The position numbers and the translations under genes are program-made. Positions 24,681 through 37,779 of a stretch of 54,067 nucleotides of DNA are shown in pieces (within the stretch, counting starts at the first letter, position 1; each line of letters opens with the position of its first letter). The DNA lies in contig NC_057720.1 in the NCBI RefSeq assembly GCF_004010195.1, positions 921,091-975,157 on the forward strand. Direction: 5' to 3'. Below the pieces are notes generated by a model. The model was not told the origin of the DNA, ran no database searches, and saw only the letters and a program-made list of their open reading frames with translations. Source of the stretch: Chiloscyllium plagiosum. Its lineage: Eukaryota.

Positions 24681-24989
24681 AATTGTTAAGTGCTTCCAGT
24701 TTACTTTGGAAGACAAAAACAATATGTATGCTTCATATCCAAATAATCAAGTGGTTAGAAAACCACCAAAGGGACATAGTTTGTGTCTTAATCTACATTA
24801 CAGAAACAGGTCCTGTCTCCATACAGATCATTTAGCACAAGTCCTGTCTCTGTGTATAGCACAGAGGATAGATCATTTCTTCGTGTAAATCAGTCAGTAC
24901 AGGTTCTGCTCCCCCCCCCCCCATATATCATAGATCACAGATTTTGACAATAGAGTAACAACAGCAGGGAATAATTCAGGAGACACGGC

Positions 24990-26830
24990 AGAAATTCATC
25001 CCAAGGAAGAAGAAACATTTTAAGGGAAGGACAAGGCAACCATAGCTGATAAGAAAAGTCATATAAGCAAAAGGAAAAGCATATAATGTGGCAAAGATCA
25101 GTAGGAAGCCTTTCAAATTCAGTTGAGGATAACTAAAAATGCATTAAGGGGGAGGAGATGAAATGTGAGAGGAAGCTAGCTAGTAATATAGAAGAAGTTC
25201 TTTTGATTTACAAACGGTAAGAGAGAGACAAGAGTGGACATTGGAAAATGAGGATCGGGAAGTAATATTGGGAAACAAGTAAATGGCGGAGGAACTGAAT
25301 TGTGCTTTGCATCGTCTTCATGCTGGAAGATACCAGCAGCATACCAGAACTTCAACAGGGTCAGGGGGCAGAGGTGAATGTAGTAGCCATCACCAAGAAG
25401 AAGGTGCTGGGGAAGCTGAAGGGTCTGAAGGTGGATACTTCACCCAGATCAGATGGACTACACCCCAGGGCTCTGAAGGAGAGAGCTGAGGAGATTGGGT
25501 AGGCATTGGAGGTCATCTTCAGGATCACTGGAGTCAAGGAGGATCCCAGAGAACTGGAAAATGGCTAATGTAACACCCCATGCTTAAGAAAGGAGGGAGG
25601 CAGAGATGGGAAATCATAGGCCTGTTAGCCTCACTTCAGATATTGGTAAGATTTTCAAGTCCATCAGTAAGGGTGAGATTGCGGAGTACTTAGAATAACA
25701 TGGTAAAGGGAGGCCATGCCTGACAAATCGGTTAGAATTCTTTGAGGATATAGCTAGCAGGTTAGACAAAGGGGAGCCAGTGGATGTGATTCATTTGGAC
25801 TTCAAGAAGGCCTTTGACAAGGTGCTGCGCAGGAAGATGCTAAATAAGATAAGAGCCCATGGTGTTAGGGGCAAGGTCCTGACATGGAGAGGGGATTGGC
25901 TGACTGGCAGAAGGCAGAGAGTGGGGATAAAGGGGACTTTTTCAGGATGGCAACCAGTGATTGGTGGAGTTCTGCAGGGATCTGTGTTGGCACTATGACT
26001 AATCACATTATCCATTAATGACAAAGGAACTGAGGGCATTGTTGCTAAGTCTATAGATGACACAAAGATAGGTGGAGGGAGGGGTTTTGCTGAGGACGCA
26101 GGAAAGCTGCAGAAGGACGTGGTCAGGCGAGGAGAGTGAGCAAAGATGTGGTAAAGTGGGAGGTGGAATAGAATCATAAAATCCCCACAGTATGGAAACA
26201 GACCATTTGGCCCATCGAGCCCACACAGCCCACCCGAAGAGCATTGCACGCAGACTCACCAATACAATGGAAGAAAGTGTGAGGTTACATAGTTTGGTAA
26301 TTGAAGCATAGCCTATTTTCAAAATGGAGAAGGACGACAGAAATCTAAAGCACAAAGGTGCTTTGTAATCCTAGTTCAGAATTGTCTTTGGATTAATATG
26401 CAGGTTCAGTAGCAGGTGCTAAGGCAAGTAAGGAACAGAATGAGGCCATTCAGCCCATTTCATCTGCTCCACCATTCAATCATGGGCGTAATGTTCCTCA
26501 ACTCCAATCTCTTGTCTTCTTCTCATAGCCCTCGATCCCCTTACTAATCAAGAACCTGTCTACCTCTGCCTTAAATACACTCGGTGGCTTGGCCTCCATA
26601 GCCCTCTGTGGCAATGAGTCCCACACATCCCCACCCTCTGGCTGAAGAAATTCTGCCTCATCTCAGTTCTAAAGGATTGTTCCTACACTCTGAGGCTGTG
26701 CCCACGGGTCCTCATCTCTCCTACTAGTGGAAACATCTTCTCCACATTCACTCTATCCAGGTATTTAAGGCAGAGGGAGATGGGTTCTTGACTGGTAAGG
26801 GGATTGAGGGTTACAGGGAGAAGGCAGGAC
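24990..26830 (+). mobile_element. degraded CR1 ORF2 with nested minus-strand 3'-end fragments
   Basis: SPRSDGLHPRALKE, DVIHLDFKKAFDKV, LQGSVL peptides. Inserts at ~26169-26262 and ~26430-26760. Confidence 0.8.
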
Positions 26831-27389
26831 AATTGGGTTAAAAAACAAGTTAAGAAACTTATAGATCAGTGAATACAGGTTCTTTCTCCATATAGACTGG
26901 AGGTGCATGGTTCCTGTGTCCAGCCATGTTCCTGTCTGCCTGTCACACTTGGAATGTGGTGTCTGATTGTGATGAGTAAATAATATCGAGGCTCAGCAAA
27001 ATATGTGGCAAGGATTGACAGAAATAATACTGCGAGGTTTTATTGATCAGGAAATACTGAATCGTTTTGTGCTCTGCTTCATCCAGGAAAAGGCTGAAGG
27101 GTAATCTCAATAGAGGTCTTTAAAAATATGAGAGGATTTAATTGGATTGGCATGGAATAAATGTTTCCATTTATGGAAGGACTAGAACTAAAGATCATAA
27201 ATATTATAGTCACAATAAATCCAAAAGGATGACCATTATACATAGTAGGCCAATTATAACTGAGCAATAATCATTATTGTAATAAGTTGGTGTTAATGTG
27301 CAGAGGGAATTCGATTAGAGTGCTGACCTCTATTAATGTGAGTGCTGTATTTGACTCTAAGGGTGATCTCATTTTTCTCCCTCCTCAAG

Positions 27390-27636
27390 GCAATTGACAA
27401 TGCAGGCAGAGAACAGTGCTGCCAGGAAAGCTGCTCAGACCATCGTGTCGCAGGCAGCCAACGATCGATTACTGCATGCTCGAGCCAGGGTAGCAGCACG
27501 GACAGCACGGCAGCACAGCTGGCAAGCCACTGGCCCCACCACAAGAAAACAGAGTATTGCTCGTCAAAAGAAACTGCCAGGCATTTCAATTCAGTTCCCA
27601 CTGACCCAGTCTGCAGCTTCCACTCCAGAAATCTGA
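27390..27636 (+). CDS. LRRIQ3: LRRIQ3 last coding exon, stop TGA 27634-27636
   Basis: Polypyrimidine tract plus AAG acceptor, phase 2. QLTMQAENSAARKAAQTIVSQAANDRLLHARARVA resembles the LRRIQ3 C-terminal helix. The six exons sum to 1719 nt (573 codons). Confidence 0.85.
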
Positions 27637-28157
27637 CAGCCAGGAGATTTGGAAAACATAGATCCAATCCCCATTCCATCAAGGCATCATCCAAAACCTT
27701 CCAGGCTGCATGGTTCCTGGTGACTGGTTACTCTGCATAAATAATCAACCATCAAGGTCAATATATTGTACATGTTAGTATTTATTTAAATCATCAGTAA
27801 ATACAAACAATATTTCAAAGCTGGAGAATTCAGAACATTTGAATGTGTATAAACAAAGTGGTGGGTTTGAAGTTATTCACAAGTCTTACCCGGTTCTATG
27901 GTCTGGAACCTTTTGAACTCTACATGCCTTAATGTCAAATCCTGTACACAAAACGCTAAAGGGAACAGTTCACTGCCATCTGGACTCCCCTGTTTTACTG
28001 TCAGAGTGCCAGTTGCTGCACTTCGACTACACACTATGGGTAAAAGAGAATGACTCATTCCAGCCAGGGACTGCCTAGTCCATGTATCCCTCATTGTCAG
28101 CTCCCAAACACAAAAAATACTCACAAAACATTGTTAATAATAACATCTCGCCTCGAT

Positions 28158-28507
28158 TACAGTGGCTCAGTGGTTAGCACTGCTGTCTCACAGTGCCAGA
28201 GACCCGGGTTCAATTCCTGCCTCAGGCGACTCTCTGTGTGGAGTTTGCACATTCTCCCCGTGTCTGCGTGGGTTTCCTCTGGGTGCTGCAGTTTCCCTCC
28301 ACAGTCCAAACATGAGCAGCTTAGATAGGTTGGCCACGCTAAAGTACCCATGGTGTTTAGGGATATGCAGGCTAGCTAGATTAGCCAAGAGATGTGCAGA
28401 GTTACAGAGGTAGGGTAGGGGGAGGGTCTGGATGGGAGGATCTTCAGAGGGTCAGTGGAGACTCGATGGGCAAAACTGCCTTCCTACAACCTGTGGGGAT
28501 TCTATGA
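28158..28507 (+). mobile_element. HE1-type SINE
   Basis: A/B boxes and HE1 body. Confidence 0.85.
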
Positions 28508-28608
28508 GAAAGCAGCAAGTCCCAGGTTGACCTTAACCATGCTTTCAGGTGATGGTGTTTCAGTCCTGTCACTGTCTCCACACCATAACTGCACTGCATT
28601 GCATTAAT

Positions 28609-28716
28609 TCCCAGCCTCATTCCTAATTGAAGGGCTTACGCCCGAAACGTCGCTTCTCCTGCTGCTCAGATGCTGCCTGACCGCCTGTGGTTTTCCAGCG
28701 CAACACTTTTCTACAC
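28609..28716 (+). mobile_element. solo Penelope pLTR fragment with decayed hammerhead core
   Basis: ATTCCTAATTGAAGGGCTTACGCCCGAAACGTCG; TGCATTAAT flanks both sides. Confidence 0.65.
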
Positions 28717-31700
28717 TGCATTAATGTTTGGAATTTTCTATCATTGAGAAAATTCAAGACACAGATCATTAAATACACATGGCATCATGTGATACAGGTT
28801 AGCATGGGAATATGGTGTTGAGGAAAATAATAAATGATCCAGAATGGTGGAGCAGAATGAGCCTTGCTCCTCCAATGGTGCTACTATGCCCTACTCTGTT
28901 GTACTTGTTGCTGGCCTCGCAGTAAAGGACTGAAAATCTTAGACAAAGGGTATTGAGGGTGTGTGGTGCTGCAGGACAGAGGGTGTGTGACTCTGCAGTA
29001 TTGAGGATGTGTGACGCTGCAGGATAGAGGGTGTGTGGTACTGCAGTATTGAGGGTGTGTGACGCTGCAGTATTGAGGGTGTGTGATGCTGCAGTATTGA
29101 GGGTGTGTGATGCTGCAGGACAGAGGGTGTGTGGTACTGCAGTATTGAGGGTGTGTGACGCTGCAGTATTGAGGGTGTGTGGTGCTGCAGTATTGAGGGT
29201 GTGTGGTGCTGCAGTATTGGGAGTGTGTGACGCAGCAGTATTGAGGGTGTGTGGTGCTGCAGTATTGAGGGTGTGTGGTGCTGCAGTATGGAGGGTGTGT
29301 GGTGCTGCAGTATTGGGAGTGTGTGACGCAGCAGTATGGAGGGTGTGTGGTGCTGCAGTATGGAGGGTGTGTGGTGCTGCAGTATGGAGGGTGTGTGGTG
29401 CTGCAATATTGAGGGTGTATGGTGCTGCAGTATTGAGGGTGTGTGGTGCTGCAGTATTGAGGGTGTGTGGTGCAGCAGTATTGAGGGTGTGTGGTGCTGC
29501 AGTATTGAGGGTGTGTGACGCTGCAGTATTGAGGGTGTGTGGTGCTGCAGGATTGAAGGTGTGTGGTGCTGCAGTATTGGGGGTGTGTGGTGCAGTACTG
29601 AGGTTGTGTGATGCTGCAGTATTGAGGGTGTGTAGTACTGCAATATTGAGGGTATGTGGAGCTGCAGTATTGAGGGTGTGTGACGCTGCAGTATTGAGGG
29701 TGTGTGACGCTGCAGTATTGAGGGTGTGTGGTGCTGCAGTATTGAGGGTGTGTGGTGCTGCAGTATTGAGGGTGTGTGGTGCTGCAGTATTGGGGGTGTT
29801 TGACGCTGCAGTATTGAGGGTATGGTGCTGCAGTATTGAGGGTGTGTGGTGCTGCAGTATTGAGGGTGTGTGGTGCTGCAGTATTGGGGGTGTGTAACGC
29901 TGCAGTATTGAGTGTGTGGTGCGGCAGTATTGAGGATGTGTGGTGCAGCAGTATTGAGGGTGTGTGGTGCTGCAGTATTGAGGGTGTGTGATGCTGCAGT
30001 ATTGGGGGTGTGTAACGCTGCAGTATTGAGGATGTGTGACGCTGCAGTATTGAGTGTGTGGTGCGGCAGTATTGAGGATGTGTGGTGCTGCAGTATTGAG
30101 GGTGTGTGACGCTGCAGTATTGAGGGTGTTTGACGCTGCAGTATTGAGGATGTATGACGCTGCAGTATTGAGGGTGTGTGGTGCTGCAGAATTGAGGGTG
30201 TGTGACGGTGCAGTATTGAGGGTGTGTGGTGCAGCAGTATTGAGGATGTGTGGTGCTGCAGTATTGAGGATGTGTGGTGCTGCAGTATTGAGGGTGTGTG
30301 GTGCTGCAGTATTGAGGGTGTGTGGTACTGCAGTGTTGAGCGTGTGTGGTGCTGCAGTATTGAGGGAGTGTGGTACTGCAGTGTTGAGCGTGTGTGGTGC
30401 TGCAATATTGAGGGTGTAGTATTGCAGTGTTGAGTGTGTGTGGTGCTGCAGTATTGAGGGTGTGTGGTGCTGCAGTATTGAGGGTGTGTGGTGCTGCAGT
30501 ATTGAGGTTGTGTGGTGCTGCAGTATTGGGGGTGTGTGGCGCTGCAGTATTGAGGATGTGTGGCGCTGCAGTATTGAGGGTGTGTGGTGCTGCAGTATTG
30601 GGGGTGTGTGGCGCTGCAGTATTGAGGATGTGTGGCGCTGCAGTATTGTGGGTGTGTGGTGCTGCAGTATTGAGGGTGTGTGGTGCTGCAGTATTGAGGG
30701 AGTGTGGTACTGCAGTGTTGAACGTGTGTGGTGCTGCAGTATTGAGGGTGTAGTATTGCAGTATTGAGTGTGTGTGACGCTGCAATATTGAGGGTGTGTG
30801 GTGCAGCAGTATTGAGAATGTGTGGCGCTGCTGTATTGAGGGTGTGTGACGCTGCAGTATTGAGGATGTGTGGCGCTGCAGTATTGAGGGTGTGTGGTGC
30901 TGCAGTATTGAGGATGTGTGGTGCTGCAGTATTGAGGGTGTGTGCTGCAGTATTGAGGTTGTGTGACGCTGCAGTATTGAGGGTGTGTGGTGCTGCAGTA
31001 TTGAGGGTGTGTGGTGCTGCAGTATTGAGGGTGTGTGACCCTGCAGTATTGAAGGTGTGTTGTGCTGCAGTATTGAGGGTCTGTGACGCTGCAGTACTGA
31101 GGGTGTGTGGTGCTGCAGTATTGAGGGTGTGGTGTGCTGCAGTATTGAGGGTGTGTGGTGCTGCAGTATTGAGGGTGTGTGGTGCTGCAGTATTGTGGGT
31201 GTGTGGTGCTGCAGTATTGAAGGTGTGTTGTGCTGCAGTATTGAGGTTCTGTGACGCTGCAGTACTGAGGGTGTGTTGTGCTGCAGTATTGTGGGTGTGT
31301 GGTGCTGCAGTATTGAGGGTGTGTGCTGCAGTACTGAGGGTGTGTGGTGCTGCAGTATTGAGGGTGGGTTGCGCTGCAGTATTGAGGATGTGTGACGCTG
31401 CAGTATTGAGGGCGTGTGGTGCTGCAGGACTGAGGGTGTGTGGTGCTACAGGACTGAGGGCGTGTGGTGCTACAGTACAGAGGGTGTGTGGCGCTGCAGT
31501 ATTGAGGGTGTGTGGCGCTGCAGTATTGAGGGTGTGTGACGTTGCAGTATTGAGGGTGTGTGGCGCTGCAGTATAGAGGGTGTGTGGCGCTGCAGTATTG
31601 AGGGTGTGTGGCGCTGCAGTATTGAGGGTGTGTGGCGCTGCAGTATTGAGGGTGTGTGGCGCTGCAGTATTGAGGGTGTGTGGCGCTGCAGTATTGAGGG

Positions 31701-33361
31701 TGTATGGCGCTGCAGTATTGAAGGTGTGTGGCGCTGCAGTATTGAGGGTGTGTGGCGCTGCAGTATTGAGGGTGTGTGGTGCTGCAGTATTGAGGGTGTG
31801 TGCTGCAGTACTGAGGTTGTGTGACGCTGCAGTATTGAGGGTGTGTGGTGCTGCAGTATTGAGGGTGTGTGCTGCAGTATTGAGGGTGTGTTGTGCTGCA
31901 GTATTGAGGGTGTGTGACCCTGCAGTATTGAAGGTGCGTTGTGCTGCAGTATTGAGGGTGTGTTGTGCTGCAGTATTGAGGGTCTGTGATGCTGCAGTAT
32001 TGTGGGTGTGTGGTGCTGCAGTATTGAGGGTGTGTGACCCTGCAGTATTGAAGGTGCGTTGTGCTGCAGTATTGAGGGTCTGTGACGCTGCAGTACTGAG
32101 GGTGTGTGGTGCTGCAGTATTGAGGGTGTGGTGCTGCAGTATTGAGGGTGTATGACACTGCCGTATTGGGGGTGTGTGGTGCTGCAGTATTGAGGGTGTG
32201 TGACGCTGAAGTATTGAGATGTGTGCTGCAGTATTGGGGGGGTTTGGTGCTGCAGTATTGAGGGTGTGTGACGCTGCATTATTGAGGATGTGTGGTGCTG
32301 CTGTATTGAGGGTGTGTGGTGCTACAGTATTGATGGTGTGTGACGCTGCAGTATTGAGGGTGTTTGACACTGCAGGATTGAGGGTGTGTGACGCTGCAGT
32401 ATTGAGGGTGTGTAGTGCTGCAGTATTGAGGGTGTTTGACACTGCAGTATTGAGGGTGTGGTGCTGCAGTATTGAGGGTGTATGACACTGCCGTATTGAG
32501 CGTGTGTGGTGCTGCAGTATTGAGGGTGTTTGACGCAGCAGTATTGAAGGTGTGTGGTGCTGCAGTATTGAGGGTGTTTGACGCTGCAGTATTGCGGGTG
32601 TGTGGTGCTGCAGTATTGAGGGTGTGTGCGCTGCAGTATTGAGGGTGTGTGGCCCTGCAGTATTGAGGGTGTGTGGTGCTGCAGTAAAGAGGGTGTATGA
32701 CGCTGCAGTAAAGAGGGTGTATGACGCTGCAGTATTGAGGGTGTGTGGTGCTGCAGTATTGAGAGTGTGTGACCCTGCAGTATTGAGGGTGTGTGGTGCT
32801 GCAGTATTGAGGGTGTATGACGCTGCAGTAAAGAGGGTGTATGACGCTGCAGTATTGAGGGTGTGTGGTGCAGCAGTATTGAGAGTGTGTGACCCTGCAG
32901 TACTGAGGGTGTGTGGTGCAGCAGTATTGAGAGTGTGTGACCCTGCAGTATTGAGGGTGTGTGGTGCTGCAGTATTGAGGGTGTGTGCCGCTGCAGTATT
33001 GAGGCTGTGTGGTGCTGCAGTACTGAGGGTGTGTGGTGCTGCAGTACTGAGGGTGGGTTGCGCTGCAGTATTGAGGATGTGTGACGCTGCAGTATAGAGG
33101 GTGTGTGGTGCTGCAGTATTGAGGGAGTGTGGCACTGCAGTATTGAGGGTGTGTGGCGCTGCAGTATTGAGGGTGTGTGGCGCTGCAGTATTGAGGGTGT
33201 GTGGTTCTGCAGTATAGAGGGTGTCTGACGCTGCAGTATTGAGGGTGTGTGGTTCTGCAGTATTGAGGGTGTCTGACGCTGCAGTATAGAGGGTGTATGA
33301 CGCTGCAGTATTGAGGGTGTGTGGTGCAGCAGTATTGAGAGTGTGTGACCCTGCAGTACTG

Positions 33362-33573
33362 AGTTGAAACTTTATTGCTGGAACAGCACAGCAGGTCAGG
33401 CAGCATCCAGGGAACAGGAGATTCGACGTTTCGGGCACAGGCCCTTCTTCAGGAATGAGCCCGTGCCCGAAACGTCGAATCTCCTGTTCCTTGGATGCTG
33501 CCTGACCTGCTGTGCTGTTCCAGCAGTAAAGTTTCAACTTTGATCACCAGCATCTGCAGACCTCACTTTCTCC
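33362..33573. mobile_element. fold-back Penelope pLTR-derived mini-element inserted in the satellite
   Basis: Near-perfect inverted arms GTTGAAACTTTATTGCTGGAACAGC.../...GCTGTTCCAGCAGTAAAGTTTCAAC plus tail CAGCATCTGCAGACCTCACTTTCTCC; flanked by CCTGCAGTACTGAG. Confidence 0.85.
33421..33456 (-). ncRNA. minimal type I hammerhead ribozyme motif, intact
   Basis: Minus strand reads ATTC-CTGAAGA-A-GGGC CTGT GCCC-GAAA-CGTC-GAAT, with a GUC cleavage triplet. Confidence 0.8.
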
Positions 33574-36500
33574 TGCAGTACTGAGGGTGTGTGCCGCTGC
33601 AGTATTGAGGGTGTGTGCCGCTGCAGTATTGAGGGTGTGTGGCGCTGCAGTATTGAGGATGTGTGGCGCTGCAGTATTGAGGATGTGTGGCGCTGCAGTA
33701 CTGAGGGTGTGTGGTGCTGCAGTACTGAGGGAGTGTGGCGCTGCAGTATTGAGGGTGTGTGGTGCTGCAGTACTGAGAGAGTGTGGTACTGCAGTATTGA
33801 GTGTGTGTGGTGCTGCAGTACCACACACCCTCAATACTGCAGCACACACCCTCAATACTGCAGCATTGAGGGTGTGTGACGCTGCAGTATTGAGGGTGTG
33901 TGATGCTGCAATATTGAGGGTATGTGCTGCAGTATTGAGTGTGTGTGACGCTGCAGTATTGAGGGTGTGTGACGCTGCAGTATTGAGGGTGTGTGCTGCA
34001 GTACTGAGGTTGTGTGACGCTGCAGTATTGTGGGTGTGTGGTGCTGCAGTATTGAGGGTGTGGTGCTGCAGTACTGAGGTTGTGTGACGCTGCAGTATTG
34101 TGGGTGTGTGGTGCTGCAGTATTGAGGGTGTGTGGTGCTGCAGTATTGAGGGTGTGTGGTGCTGCAGTATTGATGGTGTGTGCTGCAGCAGTATTGAGGG
34201 TGTGTGGTACTGCAGTATTGAGGGTGTGTGACCCTGCAGTATTGAAGGTGTGTTGTGCTGCAGTATTGTGGATCTGTGACGCTGCAGTATTGAGGGTGTG
34301 TGGTGCTGCAGTATTGAGGGTGTGTGGTACTGCAGTATTGAAGGTGTGTTGTGCTGCAGTATTGTGGGTCTGTGACGCTGCAGTACTGTGGGTCTGTGAC
34401 GCTGCAGTACTGAGGGTGTGTGGTGCTGCAGTATTGAGGGCGTGTGGTGCTGCAGTACTGAGGGTGTGTGGTGCTGCAGTATTGAGTGTGTGTGTTACTG
34501 CAGTATTGAGGATGTGTGGCTCTGCAGTATTGAGGGTGTGTGGTGCTGCAGTATTGAGGGTGTGTTGTGCTGCAGTATTGAGGGTATGTGGTGCTGCAGT
34601 ATTGAAGGTGTGTGACGCTCCAGTATTCAGGGTGTGACGCTGCAGTATTGAGGGTGTGTGGTGCTGCTGTATTGAGGGTGTGTGGTACTGCAGTATTGAG
34701 GGTGTGTGACGCTGCAGTATTGAGGGTGTGTGGTGCTGCAGTATTGAGTGTGTGGCACTGCCGTGTTGAGGGTGTGTGGCACTGCCGTGTTGAGGGTGTG
34801 TGGCACTGCCGTGTTGAGGGTGTGTGGCACTGCCGTGTTGAGGGTGTGTGGCACTGCCGTGTTGAGGGTGTGTGGCACTGCCGTGTTGAGGGTGTGTGGC
34901 ACTGCCGTGTTGAGGGTGTGTGGCACTGCCGTGTTGAGGGTGTGTGGCACTGCCGTGTTGAGGGTGTGTGGCACTGCCGTGTTGAGGGTGTGTGGCACTG
35001 CCGTGTTGAGGGTGTGTGGCACTGCCGTGTTGAGGGTGTGTGGCACTGCCGTGTTGAGGGTGTGTGGCACTGCCGTGTTGAGGGTGTGTGGCACTGCCGT
35101 GTTGAGGGTGTGTGGCACTGCCGTGTTGAGGGTGTGTGGCACTGCCGTGTTGAGGGTGTGTGGCACTGCCGTGTTGAGGGTGTGTGGCACTGCCGTGTTG
35201 AGGGTGTGTGGCACTGCCGTGTTGAGGGTGTGTGGCACTGCCGTGTTGAGGGTGTGTGGCACTGCCGTGTTGAGGGTGTGTGGCACTGCCGTGTTGAGGG
35301 TGTGTGGCACTGCCGTGTTGAGGGTGTGTGGCACTGCCGTGTTGAGGGTGTGTGGCACTGCCGTGTTGAGGGTGTGTGGCACTGCCGTGTTGAGGGTGTG
35401 TGGCACTGCCGTGTTGAGGGTGTGTGGCACTGCCGTGTTGAGGGTGTGTGGCACTGCCGTGTTGAGGGTGTGTGGCACTGCCGTGTTGAGGGTGTGTGGC
35501 ACTGCCGTGTTGAGGGTGTGTGGCACTGCCGTGTTGAGGGTGTGTGGCACTGCCGTGTTGAGGGTGTGTGGCACTGCCGTGTTGAGGGTGTGTGGCACTG
35601 CCGTGTTGAGGGTGTGTGGCACTGCCGTGTTGAGGGTGTGTGGCACTGCCGTGTTGAGGGTGTGTGGCACTGCCGTGTTGAGGGTGTGTGGCACTGCCGT
35701 GTTGAGGGTGTGTGGCACTGCCGTGTTGAGGGTGTGTGGCACTGCCGTGTTGAGGGTGTGTGGCACTGCCGTGTTGAGGGTGTGTGGCACTGCCGTGTTG
35801 AGGGTGTGTGGCACTGCCGTGTTGAGGGTGTGTGGCACTGCCGTGTTGAGGGTGTGTGGCACTGCCGTGTTGAGGGTGTGTGGCACTGCCGTGTTGAGGG
35901 TGTGTGGCACTGCCGTGTTGAGGGTGTGTGGCACTGCCGTGTTGAGGGTGTGTGGCACTGCCGTGTTGAGGGTGTGTGGCACTGCCGTGTTGAGGGTGTG
36001 TGGCACTGCCGTGTTGAGGGTGTGTGGCACTGCCGTGTTGAGGGTGTGTGGCACTGCCGTGTTGAGGGTGTGTGGCACTGCCGTGTTGAGGGTGTGTGGC
36101 ACTGCCGTGTTGAGGGTGTGTGGCACTGCCGTGTTGAGGGTGTGTGGCACTGCCGTGTTGAGGGTGTGTGGCACTGCCGTGTTGAGGGTGTGTGGCACTG
36201 CCGTGTTGAGGGTGTGTGGCACTGCCGTGTTGAGGGTGTGTGGCACTGCCGTGTTGAGGGTGTGTGGCACTGCCGTGTTGAGGGTGTGTGGCACTGCCGT
36301 GTTGAGGGTGTGTGGCACTGCCGTGTTGAGGGTGTGTGGCACTGCCGTGTTGAGGGTGTGTGGCACTGCCGTGTTGAGGGTGTGTGGCACTGCCGTGTTG
36401 AGGGTGTGTGGCACTGCCGTGTTGAGGGTGTGTGGCACTGCCGTGTTGAGGGTGTGTGGCACTGCCGTGTTGAGGGTGTGTGGCACTGCCGTGTTGAGGG

Positions 36501-37779
36501 TGTGTGGCACTGCCGTGTTGAGGGTGTGTGGCACTGCCGTGTTGAGGGTGTGTGGCACTGCCGTGTTGAGGGTGTGTGGCACTGCCGTGTTGAGGGTGTG
36601 TGGCACTGCCGTGTTGAGGGTGTGTGGCACTGCCGTGTTGAGGGTGTGTGGCACTGCCGTGTTGAGGGTGTGTGGCACTGCCGTGTTGAGGGTGTGTGGC
36701 ACTGCCGTGTTGAGGGTGTGTGGCACTGCCGTGTTGAGGGTGTGTGGCACTGCCGTGTTGAGGGTGTGTGGCACTGCCGTGTTGAGGGTGTGTGGCACTG
36801 CCGTGTTGAGGGTGTGTGGCACTGCCGTGTTGAGGGTGTGTGGCACTGCCGTGTTGAGGGTGTGTGGCACTGCCGTGTTGAGGGTGTGTGGCACTGCCGT
36901 GTTGAGGGTGTGTGGCACTGCCGTGTTGAGGGTGTGTGGCACTGCCGTGTTGAGGGTGTGTGGCACTGCCGTGTTGAGGGTGTGTGGCACTGCCGTGTTG
37001 AGGGTGTGTGGCACTGCCGTGTTGAGGGTGTGTGGCACTGCCGTGTTGAGGGTGTGTGGCACTGCCGTGTTGAGGGTGTGTGGCACTGCCGTGTTGAGGG
37101 TGTGTGGCACTGCCGTGTTGAGGGTGTGTGGCACTGCCGTGTTGAGGGTGTGTGGCACTGCCGTGTTGAGGGTGTGTGGCACTGCCGTGTTGAGGGTGTG
37201 TGGCACTGCCGTGTTGAGGGTGTGTGGCACTGCCGTGTTGAGGGTGTGTGGCACTGCCGTGTTGAGGGTGTGTGGCACTGCCGTGTTGAGGGTGTGTGGC
37301 ACTGCCGTGTTGAGGGTGTGTGGCACTGCCGTGTTGAGGGTGTGTGGCACTGCCGTGTTGAGGGTGTGTGGCACTGCCGTGTTGAGGGTGTGTGGCACTG
37401 CCGTGTTGAGGGTGTGTGGCACTGCCGTGTTGAGGGTGTGTGGCACTGCCGTGTTGAGGGTGTGTGGCACTGCCGTGTTGAGGGTGTGTGGCACTGCCGT
37501 GTTGAGGGTGTGTGGCACTGCCGTGTTGAGGGTGTGTGGCACTGCCGTGTTGAGGGTGTGTGGCACTGCCGTGTTGAGGGTGTGTGGCACTGCCGTGTTG
37601 AGGGTGTGTGGCACTGCAGTATTGGGGGTGTGTGGTGCTGCCGTGTTGAGGGTGTGTGGCACTGCCGTGTTGAGGGTGTGTGGCACTGCCGTGTTGAGGG
37701 TGTGTGGCACTGCCGTGTTGAGGGTGTGTGACGCTGCAGTATTGAGGGTGTGTGACGCTGCAGTATTGAGGGTGTGTGG

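Noticed and set aside
27342..27740. Longer 132-aa ORF as the terminal exon frame
   Set aside because: Phase 2 splicing selects the 27391 frame, which has the LRRIQ3-like helix.
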